Notes under the pieces: model-generated | What the model saw: the letters and a program-made list of their open reading frames with translations, nothing else | Told to the model about the DNA's origin: nothing | Database searches by the model: none | IMG/VR virus record: IMGVR_UViG_3300007541_000018 | Span: 3,076 to 67,075 of that record | Strand: one strand, 5' to 3' | Length of the DNA: 64,000 nt | Source: a virus | Position numbers and translations under genes: made by a program | Part shown: in pieces, positions 45,265 to 56,000 of the stretch | How the letters are laid out: the number at the start of each line of letters is the position of its first letter | Numbering within the stretch: the first letter of the stretch is position 1

Positions 45265-46916
45265 TCATGCACCTTTAATGTCCAAGTTATTTTGAGTCTT
45301 TGTTGGTCTTCTGCTCCAGGATCAGCCCCTGAATCAGGGAGGTAAGTTATAGGGAAGTTAAATACTTTTTTAGCTGCTAGTCTAAACTCCGGTTGGTCTA
45401 AATCTACATCTAATGAGTAGGGTCCTTTTCTTATATCTAAAGCATGAAGACCTATACAAAATACTCCTCCCATTAAATCCATCCACCTACGATCATCATA
45501 TGCTAAATCAATCTCATACTGAATTTCTCCTGTAGAGGAGAAGTCGTTAGGAACATACTTAACAAGAACCCTTTCGTCCGCGCCATATGCATGACTTACG
45601 CCCGTACCTCCTCCTGTAGATCCTGTTGGATATGCAATTCTAGTGTATCCAAGCATGTCTACTGCTCTATGTATGTTTAAGCAGTTCGCAGATCCTGCTA
45701 GGGAAGTCATAGGATCGTCGTAGGCAGACATAGCACTGGTCATGTAGTAAGTCATTGAACCTACAGATGATGGCGCAAATCCTGAAGCCCATCTTAGGTC
45801 AGACATTACAACTTGAGAGCTAAGGTCATTACCTGCCGTCCAGTCCTTAACAAAATTACTTATGCTTACGGGCGGAACGGAACCTTCAAATCCAGCAAAG
45901 TTAAAGTTATGAGTAGCGTCAAGCTCTAACCATGTATTATCCTCGTAGGATGTGGTCGCATCACTTTGTAAGTAGGTATCCTTTGGATGAGGGTTCTCAG
46001 GGTATCCTGTTATTACATTAAATGCGGAAGTATCCGAAGTTAATGTCCCATCACCTTTTAAAAAGAATACTGAATCAGGAGAAGGTAACGAGGATCCTAT
46101 TAAAGGAAATTCTTCTTCATCTAAACTTCTAGTAAACCCGTCTTCGTCTGACGCAGTGTAATAATTTATAGGAACTGATCCTACGAAGATACTAGGATTT
46201 CTCATGAGAAGACCTCCTGACCTCCCTCCTGTGCTTATAAGACTATTGCCGTCAGCATCACCAGCCATAGTTATAGAATACGATAAGTCTGGTGAGGTAT
46301 ATGTTTGAGACGAGGGAACCAAGCACACACTATACCAGTCATTTTCTATCTTCTTAATGTAACCGTACTGCTTGTCAACGAGGGTAGCGAATCCAGACGC
46401 ATCCCATTGTATATTCAATACTGTGCTGTGACCCCAAACATTTCCAGACACTGTAGTATAAAAGTTACCGTCATCTGACGATACTATAGGATTTAAAGTA
46501 TCATACTTTACATCAAATGAAAAGCTAATAGGATATCCTTCTAGAGACGATAATAGATAAGAATTTAAAGAAGGAGTTATTACTTTAGCGCCTACGGTAT
46601 TTCCAAATAGCTCAAACCTGTCTGGATACTCATCCATATATGTACCAGTACCTACCAAGGTCCAGAATTGATTAGTCTCAGAGTCTCTTAGTAGATTATG
46701 TTTTTTATAAGAATGTAGGTTTGTTTTGTAGCCCAAGCTAGTCTTTCCAAAAGTGAAACCCTGAATTACATAACTAGAAGTATCTAAAAGGTAACTTGGT
46801 GCATGTGGAGGGGTAGTTAAAATATCCGCTATAATCTCTCCTGCTCCATCTACTACCAGATTATCCTCTTTAAATATAACCTGATCGCCTTGCGTAATTT
46901 TAACTTCCCCTTTCAT
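45261..46916 (-). CDS. Baseplate wedge / fibre-attachment protein (paralogue 3) with an inserted beta-sandwich
   Basis: MKGEVKI...DNLVVDG...FTFG at the start and IGLH...LAAKKVF..PI...ITWTL at the end; insert NLLRDSE...IENDWY. Confidence 0.55.
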   Translation of the reverse strand: MKGEVKITQGDQVIFKEDNLVVDGAGEIIADILTTPPHAPSYLLDTSSYVIQGFTFGKTSLGYKTNLHSYKKHNLLRDSETNQFWTLVGTGTYMDEYPDRFELFGNTVGAKVITPSLNSYLLSSLEGYPISFSFDVKYDTLNPIVSSDDGNFYTTVSGNVWGHSTVLNIQWDASGFATLVDKQYGYIKKIENDWYSVCLVPSSQTYTSPDLSYSITMAGDADGNSLISTGGRSGGLLMRNPSIFVGSVPINYYTASDEDGFTRSLDEEEFPLIGSSLPSPDSVFFLKGDGTLTSDTSAFNVITGYPENPHPKDTYLQSDATTSYEDNTWLELDATHNFNFAGFEGSVPPVSISNFVKDWTAGNDLSSQVVMSDLRWASGFAPSSVGSMTYYMTSAMSAYDDPMTSLAGSANCLNIHRAVDMLGYTRIAYPTGSTGGGTGVSHAYGADERVLVKYVPNDFSSTGEIQYEIDLAYDDRRWMDLMGGVFCIGLHALDIRKGPYSLDVDLDQPEFRLAAKKVFNFPITYLPDSGADPGAEDQQRLKITWTLKVHE

Positions 46917-49900
46917 CAGTTCCTCACTTCAATATTCATTGGTAGTTTATCAGAAGCCCACGGAATTGGATCAAATGATCCGTCCGCATATGTCCTGTAG
47001 TTCATCCTAGATCCTCCGCTAAGTTCAAAAGATTCCTCAGATAAAAGATGGTTTCTGCTGTGTTCTGTGTCAGCAGCATCCTTAAATAGTCTTAAAACCT
47101 TGAGAACCTCTAGTGGGGATAACTGATAGTCTGCCTTAGCATTATACACAACATTGGAACCTAAATCCTTTCCTTCAATATAAAGGTTATCAAAATTAAA
47201 ACCAAATCTAGCGTTAGATATTTGATAACAATCTCCTACAAAAGGTCTTTTAGGTTCTAAGTAACCCTCCGTATTTATTTTTTCTTTTAGAATAGCATTC
47301 AAAGTTTTGAAAAGGAAAGGCTTCAATATAAGCTGTCCATTTGAAGCAACCCCCAGCTTTAATGTCAGTAGCTTACCATCACTAAATGCTTGATTATCTT
47401 TTATGGTAATAGTGGAACTTAGAGGTACTATAGTCCCGTCTGGGTATAAGAATTCTACAGGATTCTCTGCCCCGTCCTTTAGTGAATTAAAATCATTACA
47501 AGAAAGATCAAGCTCTAAGCTGGTCATCCTGTGAATGGTCTCATTCCTCATCTTTATACCATTTGTGGCCCAATAAATTTCGTTGTCCAGTTGAGTTGAT
47601 GGGAATATCTCAACGACATACTTCTGATCGTCTCTATGTACCTGCTGATACCTTTGATAGTAATGAAGAGGTACAGCTATAGGTTGATTCTTAGTGCTTA
47701 TGTTTAGCTTGTTTACCTGGAAGTCTGAGTCCCGTAGTCCTAGTAAAGATTGCTTAGGTAAATTTACAATATGACATGGGGTTGGTGTAGGTATCTCAGA
47801 AAAATCATCATGCGAAAACTTATGTGCTAACTTACTCTTCACATAGTTAGGAGTAAATACATCTGCTTTTATCTGCTCCCATTTTCCATTAGGCATCAAG
47901 TTCCAAAATACCCAAGTCCCGTGATAGTCCTGTTCAGGCTCTGTGTGTACCCAAACATAACTAGCCCCCAGAGCCTTTTTGAATGAGCCTTCTCTTAAGA
48001 AGATTGACGATAATTCAAAAGTATAATCATGTTCTTTGAAAAGTAAATTCTCATCACCGTAGTTGAAGGTATATCTTAGCCTAGGCATTCCTTGGAAAGA
48101 TTTCATAGTAACCACAGTATTATCAAGCATAGGGCTTTCTGGATCTAATAAGGTCTCTGTGGCTGATAGCTCGTAAATTGATATCTTATTGTTTACTCGT
48201 TTAACTCCGTCTGTAATCTCTACACCGCTTATTACAGTAAAATCTCTCTTCTCTTCTCCATCTACAGTAAGAGCAGATAAATGCTCTACCGTATACCCCC
48301 CTACTGACGCGGACGCTGTAGTAAGAACAGTTTCTTCAAACAGGGATTGTGTTTTATTTGCGTTAGGACCATCTACATTTAAAAAGGCATTGTAGTACAC
48401 TGGTCCAAAGGCGTGAGATAGGACAGACAATCCTCCGACCTTCATCTCTTCTAAGGTTGAATTAGATATACCTTCCGATCCTATTGGAAGATAGACATTC
48501 TCGTATAAGTATGCCATTCCTCCAAAGACCCCTCTATTTATCTTAAACTTATCAAACTTATAGTTGTAAATCTCATCCTGCTCAAGATTGTAGCTATCCC
48601 AAAACTCATTCTTTAAACTCTCTACTTCATTCCTCCATGGAACTTGATACAAGAATTTGTTTAATTCGTATTCTAGTTCTGCGTTAGACTCAACTCTTTT
48701 TCTTATCAAAGAGTAGATGAGTTCTTTTGCTTCTGAGAAATCATCTCTAAATGTGTACAGGTGACACGACGATGGAGTTATCTCTTCAAGACCTCTTGTT
48801 GGGAATGTTTGATATGAAGATACTCCATAATACTCATTGAAAGAGTTATAACCCTCACACTTATCCCACACATCTGGTAGGTGAGTATGGCTTGTTACTG
48901 GAGTGTACTCCATGGTGGAGGGGTTTAGTCCAAGTACTGCGTAATCGAAACCGTCACCTGATGTAGAAATATTTTTAAACATAGGCTGGTTATGACCAGT
49001 CCTATTAAACATTTCACCTCTATGGATTACATTTTCAAAGTTTCTTCTTCTCTTGGAGTTTCTTCCTCCACCCATGGCGGCTACTGGTCCTGAGGCATCC
49101 AGTATATTATTATCTAACCCCCAAGTAATTCTATCTCTTTTGAAAGCTACTTTTCCATCTGTAACTAGTCCTAATGAACTATCTCTCATGTTCAGGCTGG
49201 ATAGCTGGTATGAGGCGAGGGCTCCATAAGACATTATGTCTTTAATGTCATATACTACTCTAGGGCATAGTTTGACAGAAGCTACAATAAAATCGTCACC
49301 TTGAAGATCAACATGTACCCTCTCTATAACCTTTGCAGGAACAAAGTCTTTAATACCCCTTAAGGCATCAAAGAACTCATACTTAGAAAATGATCCAAAT
49401 TTGAAAAACTCGTCTGTAAAGTTTCCTGATGATACAGCTAAGTTCATGTGAGAACTTTTTCCAGACCACAGAGGCATGTAATCTATAACATCTCTGTCGT
49501 AGTTACTAAATACACTTTCGTAGTTAGGAGGAAGGCTAAGTTTTTCAGTAAGTATTAGCCATGCATTGTTGTAGTACTTTGCTGGCCTTGGGCCTCGTAC
49601 TGTATTATCAAGTACATAATCCTTAAAGGAGGAGGCATACTCCTCTTGTACTCCGAAACATATAAGCTTATCTTCTAAAAACTCTACTAGGTCGTGATTG
49701 ATATCACAGTCCTTATAGAATCTCTCATCTTCAAATGGAGGTATGGGTAAAACTCTTTGTCTATACCCAAATCTAAAGTAGCCTGGGTTATAGTCTGAGA
49801 ACTTATTACCCTTAAGTGTAAATAGCTCAGGAAACTTATGAACCGCTTCCAGCAATATAGCATCTACTGCATACCTTACATTTAAATCAATAGAGCTATA

Positions 49901-51268
49901 TGAGAACTCACCTCTTGTATAAGATATGGCGTCTTCAAATGTCCAAGTATCAAAATCCTTTATGTTGGACTCAGTTCTAAGAAGATAATAGAGTAAGTTA
50001 GGTATGTAGCTTTCAAAGTGCTCTGAGTATTTTGCGTCGAAATCTAATGAAAGTCCTGGAAGTATCACGCGGATGAGTTGCTTTAAACCCTCCGCAGTTC
50101 CTTTCATTTGATAAAGCCTTAACGCTTCTCTCAATTGTCTTCTATGAGAATCACTATTATTGGTATACAAAGTCCATCCTACAGAATCAGCTAAGTAGGA
50201 TAGAAGTTCAGGAGGACACTCTTCTATTGAATGTAGGGTTTCTAAAGAAAGAACCTGATCATCTATATCACTTACAAAGAATGAAAAAGCTCTCATAAAC
50301 TTTAGAAGATTACCTTCTAATGACCTTGAAGTTATTACAGTTATAACATCGCTATCAAGATCGCTTTGAGTCTGTATCGAAGCCCCTCCTAAGGCAGTCC
50401 AGGATATTGTAAACACTGGAGTTGCAGTATTGATATCTGCCATGGAGAAGTAAGTCTCAATCGAGTCTCTAACATAAGGATCATCCACTTGTCCATAACG
50501 AGACGAGTGAAGGACTCTTGTAAGGGTGGATAATTTTTCTATTTGTAGGGTTCCGCTAGTGCTCTCGTCTTGACCTGAAAGCCACAAGCCTCCTCCAAAC
50601 ATATTAACGAAGGTTGACCCTAAGGCTTCTTGATTGTCCCAAACATATCTCTTTAAAGCTACTAAAGCATCTGCTTCAGAAACAGGCTCGCCATCCCACA
50701 ATCTAGACAACTCTTCAGCAACATAATCACATAAAGGCTTATTAAGCCCATCCTGATCATAGTTAAATATCTGGAACAGGCCCATTGAGTTTATTAGATA
50801 AACTAATGTATCATTTAATGTTTCACCAAATAAGTAATTAGTTGCAACATCTACAGGAACAACAGACGATCCTTTACCTATTCTAATCTTTCTTAATAGA
50901 GTATTTTTTAGGAAGTCCTCAAAATCTTCTCTTGAACGATAATCCCTAATATCATATCCTAGTGGACTTAGTATCTCTAAAGAAAATGATTCTTGTGTTA
51001 TATAAGATACTTTATTGTTCTTTATAAAGTAAGAGGGTAGGTTGGTTAAGTATTTACCATCCCATCCAAGTAAACTTGCTACTGGCTCTATATCATGTAT
51101 AGGAAATAATCTAGAGTAGCCTTGTATTAATTCTATATCACCTAAGAGAATTACAGACATTAAGTCTAAAGACTCGCTCTCCCCAGTAATATCAACTTCT
51201 TGATAGTACTCAGGTAAGAGGTTCTTTATAACCTCTATATAATTTCTTTGATAAAATCTCTTAGACAT
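46916..51268 (-). CDS. Baseplate wedge protein (T4 gp7 / P2 gpI-like domain), 1450 aa
   Basis: IEECPPELLSYLADSVGW...RRQLREALRLYQMKGTAEGL is the gpI/gp7 signature; follows gp6. Confidence 0.75.
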   Translation of the reverse strand: MSKRFYQRNYIEVIKNLLPEYYQEVDITGESESLDLMSVILLGDIELIQGYSRLFPIHDIEPVASLLGWDGKYLTNLPSYFIKNNKVSYITQESFSLEILSPLGYDIRDYRSREDFEDFLKNTLLRKIRIGKGSSVVPVDVATNYLFGETLNDTLVYLINSMGLFQIFNYDQDGLNKPLCDYVAEELSRLWDGEPVSEADALVALKRYVWDNQEALGSTFVNMFGGGLWLSGQDESTSGTLQIEKLSTLTRVLHSSRYGQVDDPYVRDSIETYFSMADINTATPVFTISWTALGGASIQTQSDLDSDVITVITSRSLEGNLLKFMRAFSFFVSDIDDQVLSLETLHSIEECPPELLSYLADSVGWTLYTNNSDSHRRQLREALRLYQMKGTAEGLKQLIRVILPGLSLDFDAKYSEHFESYIPNLLYYLLRTESNIKDFDTWTFEDAISYTRGEFSYSSIDLNVRYAVDAILLEAVHKFPELFTLKGNKFSDYNPGYFRFGYRQRVLPIPPFEDERFYKDCDINHDLVEFLEDKLICFGVQEEYASSFKDYVLDNTVRGPRPAKYYNNAWLILTEKLSLPPNYESVFSNYDRDVIDYMPLWSGKSSHMNLAVSSGNFTDEFFKFGSFSKYEFFDALRGIKDFVPAKVIERVHVDLQGDDFIVASVKLCPRVVYDIKDIMSYGALASYQLSSLNMRDSSLGLVTDGKVAFKRDRITWGLDNNILDASGPVAAMGGGRNSKRRRNFENVIHRGEMFNRTGHNQPMFKNISTSGDGFDYAVLGLNPSTMEYTPVTSHTHLPDVWDKCEGYNSFNEYYGVSSYQTFPTRGLEEITPSSCHLYTFRDDFSEAKELIYSLIRKRVESNAELEYELNKFLYQVPWRNEVESLKNEFWDSYNLEQDEIYNYKFDKFKINRGVFGGMAYLYENVYLPIGSEGISNSTLEEMKVGGLSVLSHAFGPVYYNAFLNVDGPNANKTQSLFEETVLTTASASVGGYTVEHLSALTVDGEEKRDFTVISGVEITDGVKRVNNKISIYELSATETLLDPESPMLDNTVVTMKSFQGMPRLRYTFNYGDENLLFKEHDYTFELSSIFLREGSFKKALGASYVWVHTEPEQDYHGTWVFWNLMPNGKWEQIKADVFTPNYVKSKLAHKFSHDDFSEIPTPTPCHIVNLPKQSLLGLRDSDFQVNKLNISTKNQPIAVPLHYYQRYQQVHRDDQKYVVEIFPSTQLDNEIYWATNGIKMRNETIHRMTSLELDLSCNDFNSLKDGAENPVEFLYPDGTIVPLSSTITIKDNQAFSDGKLLTLKLGVASNGQLILKPFLFKTLNAILKEKINTEGYLEPKRPFVGDCYQISNARFGFNFDNLYIEGKDLGSNVVYNAKADYQLSPLEVLKVLRLFKDAADTEHSRNHLLSEESFELSGGSRMNYRTYADGSFDPIPWASDKLPMNIEVRN

Positions 51269-52859
51269 AGTTGAAGTTTAATATGAAGTTGTTAAGCTGA
51301 ATGATCTCATTGAAGTCTAATATTATTGGCTCTTTATAGTTATCAATTACAGCTAATCTTACTTGGGGTACTTGAGTAAATATTTCCTTACCGAGATCGT
51401 CTGGGTAGAAAGTTTCTCCAAACTCTCTGTTATCTAGATTGAAGTATTCTGTGACAACTCTACTTACAGCGTTGGCTATGTTAGACTCTATGGATTTATA
51501 TTTTGCGTCCACGGATAAATTAAGGGTTATATCTAATGTTCTTGCTAACCCATCTACCAATACAATCTCATCAGTCATCATTTTCTTAGAGTTCATGGCC
51601 TCTAACAAAGCATTCTTAAAAGAAATACTTGCCTTCTGCAATTGTAGATTAGAGGCTCTTTCAAGAAGATACACATCAATAATATTACCTGAGGAGAACG
51701 CTTTTCTCGTAACAGCATTCCCTTTTCCTGTAGTTCCTATAGGACCAGAGAATGTATTTACAAACGAGTTGTAATCATCACTAGACACTAGTCTCTGCTG
51801 TTGCCTAAAAACAAGCTTTCCATACTTCTTGGCGTGCTTAACAGTTTCCGCGTCTGCGCCTCCTGTAAATGGTGTTATGTTTGTTATGTCTAAAACATTT
51901 CCATCTGTAGTTGGAATTTCTTTTGATAGATAAGCGGACTTAGCATTTCCCCTGCTGCCGCCACCTACTCTATACATTATTTTGTAGTAAGCCCCAGCAG
52001 GAGGAAGCACCCCTGCCACACCATCTCCAAACAAAACTTTAGCTGAGAAATCATCTCCGTATACTATGGAGAATACTTTATCTTCACCGGAGGATGCTGT
52101 TACAAGGCTTTGAAGTTCTGTGTATACTCCACTAACTGCGGTATCAAAAGAGCTAACAAATACTTGAACTGATCCGTCGATTACTGGTTTTTGTGAAAGG
52201 CTAATTTCTTTTAAAATATCTACATCAGTGAAAGTACCTTCGTCTATAGCAAAAGCCCCTTCTACTAAGACCAAGTTGTTCCAGTTTTTTCCATCAGGAC
52301 CTACTCCATTATCTGAGTCTTCATAAAGTAGCTCTATGGTCCCATCATATGCTGGGTCAGCGATAGCCCCATTATCTACTGTGTATAAGGTATATGTAAT
52401 AGCCTGACCATCTTCAGGTGAGGTTGTAACTATTACCCTATCCTCTGGATTCACTAAAAGGCTTTGACCAGGGGCTATTATATTTCTTGAAGAAACAGAC
52501 GCTTGGCCTACTGCTGAGGAAGGCCCCCTCATTCTAACTCCAATTATCTCTAGAAGCTTTCTAACATTGTTTATATTTCTAGATGTTTTTAGAAACCCTT
52601 CGTGTGCAAGCATGTCAGCCTTCATGCTCATAACTGCTCCCATATAAGCAACTAATTCTATAAACATTACTCCTAGATCTGACTCAGCAAAGTTGTTATA
52701 ATCTAAAGGGTATACAGCCTTTACATAGTTTACTAGAGCGTTTTTTAGTTCATCGAAGTCTGTGGCTGCGAAATCTATTAAACTAGATTTCTCGTCTTCC
52801 TTAAACTTCACGAATTTCATGAAGTCTGATCCTGCGTTTGTATAAGGGATATCGTTCAT
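51261..52859 (-). CDS. gp6: Baseplate wedge subunit (T4 gp6 / baseplate J-like)
   Basis: DFDELKNAL..Y, ESDLG..FIEL.AY, FGDGVAG.LP, YRVGGGSRGN, TGGADAET and QQRLVS.DDY. Confidence 0.92.
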   Translation of the reverse strand: MNDIPYTNAGSDFMKFVKFKEDEKSSLIDFAATDFDELKNALVNYVKAVYPLDYNNFAESDLGVMFIELVAYMGAVMSMKADMLAHEGFLKTSRNINNVRKLLEIIGVRMRGPSSAVGQASVSSRNIIAPGQSLLVNPEDRVIVTTSPEDGQAITYTLYTVDNGAIADPAYDGTIELLYEDSDNGVGPDGKNWNNLVLVEGAFAIDEGTFTDVDILKEISLSQKPVIDGSVQVFVSSFDTAVSGVYTELQSLVTASSGEDKVFSIVYGDDFSAKVLFGDGVAGVLPPAGAYYKIMYRVGGGSRGNAKSAYLSKEIPTTDGNVLDITNITPFTGGADAETVKHAKKYGKLVFRQQQRLVSSDDYNSFVNTFSGPIGTTGKGNAVTRKAFSSGNIIDVYLLERASNLQLQKASISFKNALLEAMNSKKMMTDEIVLVDGLARTLDITLNLSVDAKYKSIESNIANAVSRVVTEYFNLDNREFGETFYPDDLGKEIFTQVPQVRLAVIDNYKEPIILDFNEIIQLNNFILNFNYV

Positions 52860-53299
52860 TTCACCAATGTTATTTCAAGGTTGTCTTCCTGCTCTTTATC
52901 TCTAACCAGTAGTGTTATTGTTAAAGTTTCTGCTCCTAACTCATTTTCAGAAATAGAAGCAGACATATCAATAAGTTTTGCTTGAGGCACATAACTATCT
53001 ATCTGGTCTGATAGCTCTGTTCGTAATTGATCTAATACATCAGGAGTAACTTGATCGAATAAAAATCCATTTATATCTATACCAAATCGAGGAAACATAA
53101 CTCTCTCCCCTGGCCTAGTAAAAACTATCTGTTGGATCTGGGATGATAGAAGCCTGTTTCTACTAGCCTTTGATAAAAAGTTATTTTCATCAAAAATCAT
53201 AGATACTCCAATCCTCTCACTCCTTTTAGTATCAGATACTCTAAGAAGAGTTTTTGGAGTAGGTACTTTACCGTAAACTGTCGATTGTGATATGCTCAT
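52856..53299 (-). CDS. gp25: Baseplate wedge / sheath initiator (T4 gp25-like)
   Basis: TRPGERVMFPRFG...LFDQ...YVP motif; adjacent to gp6. Confidence 0.9.
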   Translation of the reverse strand: MSISQSTVYGKVPTPKTLLRVSDTKRSERIGVSMIFDENNFLSKASRNRLLSSQIQQIVFTRPGERVMFPRFGIDINGFLFDQVTPDVLDQLRTELSDQIDSYVPQAKLIDMSASISENELGAETLTITLLVRDKEQEDNLEITLVK

Positions 53300-53303
53300 G
53301 GTA

Positions 53304-56000
53304 TTAATCTAGACAAGTGTCTATGTTTGTAAAGAAGACTCTATGAGCTTCGTAGTTGTGCTTAACTTCTGTTTGTGTCAGTGGTTTTTTGTAGAACTTA
53401 AGACTTCCTATATGCCCACTTAATCCACTGTAGAATCCACGGCTCTCTCCCATGAAGCCTCCCTTCCTAGAGGTGGAGTCGATTGGTAATCCGTCTGTCC
53501 ATCCACCTCCTACGATCCAAGGAGTGAAGAATATATCGTTATCAGGACCGTCTACGAAATCTAATGTGTAGTTAACATCAATAGTTTTCTTATTGTAAGC
53601 AAAACTTTGATTAATCTTCTCGTCGGTTACCTTAAATGTTGGGATCCTTAAGGAGGACTTCTTTGTAAGTTCAAAGGTTTCTGAGTACTTAGCAGACTTT
53701 AAAAGCTCTCCATTAAGATAAACTGATATGTCGTCCATCTCTGGATTCATCGTGATACTTAGGTGAACAAACTCGGCAGAGCAATCATTTATAGAGAACC
53801 CTGATTTAGTTGTAGTTGAAGTATCCACTGTAAATCCTATAAGAGGGCTTCCTTCATCAGAACAATCACCTTGTCTTAAGAATTCTACATCAGATCCATT
53901 TAAAGATTGCGTAGGAGCTATAATCAAATAACTCTTAAGTATGGTATCTGCTGTGTCTAATGAACCAAACTCCGATGCTATATCGGTATCTAACCCTCTA
54001 TCCGCAGCATTATCCATAGTCCACTGAGGATCTCTTGTAAGGGCTATCATCAAACCTCTAACCGTGTCGGAACTGTAATTTGCATACATCCTATTTGGAT
54101 TAGCAGAAAGATCACCACCTATGTTCTCATTAGAAAGTAGTACCTTGTAGTAGTGATAATCTGTCCAAGCCCCATAGTTTTCTCCAGACGCTTCTAAGGT
54201 AGGTCTTGAAGATCTTCCTGCCTCTAAATCGTTTTGTCCCATTCCAAATCCAGGAATGTGAAGCCAAGTATCTATAGATGTTCCGTTCTTTTTATAAAGA
54301 AGGTTATTGAAATCCGCTGTAGGTGGTAATTTTACATAGCTTCCTACTGAGTAAGGTTTCAGGAATGTCGTGCCATCTATGTAGTTGTAGCGCATTATAC
54401 CATCTAATCTAGGTATAGCTAATCCTTTATTGAAAACTTTACTTATAGTCTTGCCTACCAATTGTGCATTCTGCTCGGAATCTCCTGTGCTGTTGTAAAC
54501 TGAATATGCACTTGAGTCTGTGGTTTTAATCTTAGCATCTAAGAAACTATAACATGCTATTAAGTTGTCAGTTATAACCGAGTCAGTTATTGGAAGAGCG
54601 GGTAGTAATGTAGAGGATGGGCTAGGAGAGTCTACCAGAGCGCCTGTACCGATCCTAGTCATCTTCAAGGGTAGAACCTTAGCCGCCGTGTCAGCGTCCT
54701 TGTATCTCACATATATCGGCTTTACAGGCAATATTACCCCACTGACCTCTCCATGATCTAGTGATAGCTTTCTTTGCTTTTCAACATCAACAGCTATATT
54801 AAACTTCCCTAGATAGGAGAAATCGTTAATAGGAACCTCACCTACACCGAACATGGATGAAACTCCGTATAGTTGAGGAGCTTTTATAGCTAGTTCGATC
54901 TGCTTCTTTCTTTTCCTTATCTTATTATCGAAGGACTGTAGCTCTGAGAATATTTGCTGCTGGTAGTTGGATACTATAGCTGAATCCTCTTCATAGCCTG
55001 AAGCAATCAAACACTTCTTATGGTCCTCCATATCTGTAAGGACCTTCATCTTCTGACCCTCTATTACTTGTAAAGTAGCATCTCCTGTATAATGTCTGGT
55101 TAGAGATATTGAGGAATCAATCTGATTTATATCTAGTATTGTGTCAAAATACTTATCTAAATCCTTTATGGTTATAGAAGTACCTTTTCCTCCTAATGAA
55201 GGCGCTCTCTCGGATCTCCACCTTTCATGGATAGGTAACTCTAAGTTATGGAAATTTATAATTGATTGCTGATCAGGAATTTCCTTCGTTCCATCGTAAA
55301 GGCGTGTTTGTGAATCGTAGTAAAGTCCATCCTCAGATAACAGGAACTGACCTTTCTTAGCTTTAGGTGGACCATAAACTAATCTAAATATAGCCCCTTC
55401 TTCCTCTGGATCCTCCTGCTCTGGTTCACCTACTGCGGCTCTTTGCTGAAGAACAGTATTGATGTTCTCCAAAGCAGTTCTCGCTCTATCTTGGAAATCC
55501 TCGACCGACTGTACTGATCTTTCAACTAAAAGTTTTGTTGCCGTATCAGGGAACATCCCTGAGATTGGAGTCCTTCCACTTGGATCATCAGGGTCTAGTC
55601 CTCTCTTAAGCATCTGGTCCTTTCTAAAGGACTCTAAGCAGTTTTTAATAGATTCAAACTGATCTGCTATTGATTGATAAAGCTGACCTAGAGCCTGTAA
55701 AGATGCTAAACCTAAAGCTAAAGTGAACAGGCTAATGTCCATAAATACCGACATAGAGCCTAGAATACTGTTAATTTCTTTTAACCCTAGCTTGCTCCAC
55801 AGCATCTGTAGAAGCTCGTCTAAGAAAGCATACGCAACAGCCATAGCCTCCTGAATAGCTATCAGCATAGACAACAAAGCTTCAGTAGGTATTGGTATTA
55901 AATTTAGCAAGCTCGCAGCTAAGTCTAGAATACATGAAGGTATTCCAAACTCAGAGGCCGCGAAGGCTGTAGGGTTCTGTATTGCTGCTAAAACATTCAT
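53304..56000 (-). CDS. 898-aa virion protein: hydrophobic helical N-terminus, C-terminal LamG/ConA-like domain
   Basis: NLIACYSF, TSIDTWLHIP, FVHLSIT, ISVYLNGEL and GHIGSLKFYKKPLT..EV..NY; located between gp5-like and gp25. Confidence 0.65.
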   Translation of the reverse strand: MNVLAAIQNPTAFAASEFGIPSCILDLAASLLNLIPIPTEALLSMLIAIQEAMAVAYAFLDELLQMLWSKLGLKEINSILGSMSVFMDISLFTLALGLASLQALGQLYQSIADQFESIKNCLESFRKDQMLKRGLDPDDPSGRTPISGMFPDTATKLLVERSVQSVEDFQDRARTALENINTVLQQRAAVGEPEQEDPEEEGAIFRLVYGPPKAKKGQFLLSEDGLYYDSQTRLYDGTKEIPDQQSIINFHNLELPIHERWRSERAPSLGGKGTSITIKDLDKYFDTILDINQIDSSISLTRHYTGDATLQVIEGQKMKVLTDMEDHKKCLIASGYEEDSAIVSNYQQQIFSELQSFDNKIRKRKKQIELAIKAPQLYGVSSMFGVGEVPINDFSYLGKFNIAVDVEKQRKLSLDHGEVSGVILPVKPIYVRYKDADTAAKVLPLKMTRIGTGALVDSPSPSSTLLPALPITDSVITDNLIACYSFLDAKIKTTDSSAYSVYNSTGDSEQNAQLVGKTISKVFNKGLAIPRLDGIMRYNYIDGTTFLKPYSVGSYVKLPPTADFNNLLYKKNGTSIDTWLHIPGFGMGQNDLEAGRSSRPTLEASGENYGAWTDYHYYKVLLSNENIGGDLSANPNRMYANYSSDTVRGLMIALTRDPQWTMDNAADRGLDTDIASEFGSLDTADTILKSYLIIAPTQSLNGSDVEFLRQGDCSDEGSPLIGFTVDTSTTTKSGFSINDCSAEFVHLSITMNPEMDDISVYLNGELLKSAKYSETFELTKKSSLRIPTFKVTDEKINQSFAYNKKTIDVNYTLDFVDGPDNDIFFTPWIVGGGWTDGLPIDSTSRKGGFMGESRGFYSGLSGHIGSLKFYKKPLTQTEVKHNYEAHRVFFTNIDTCLD

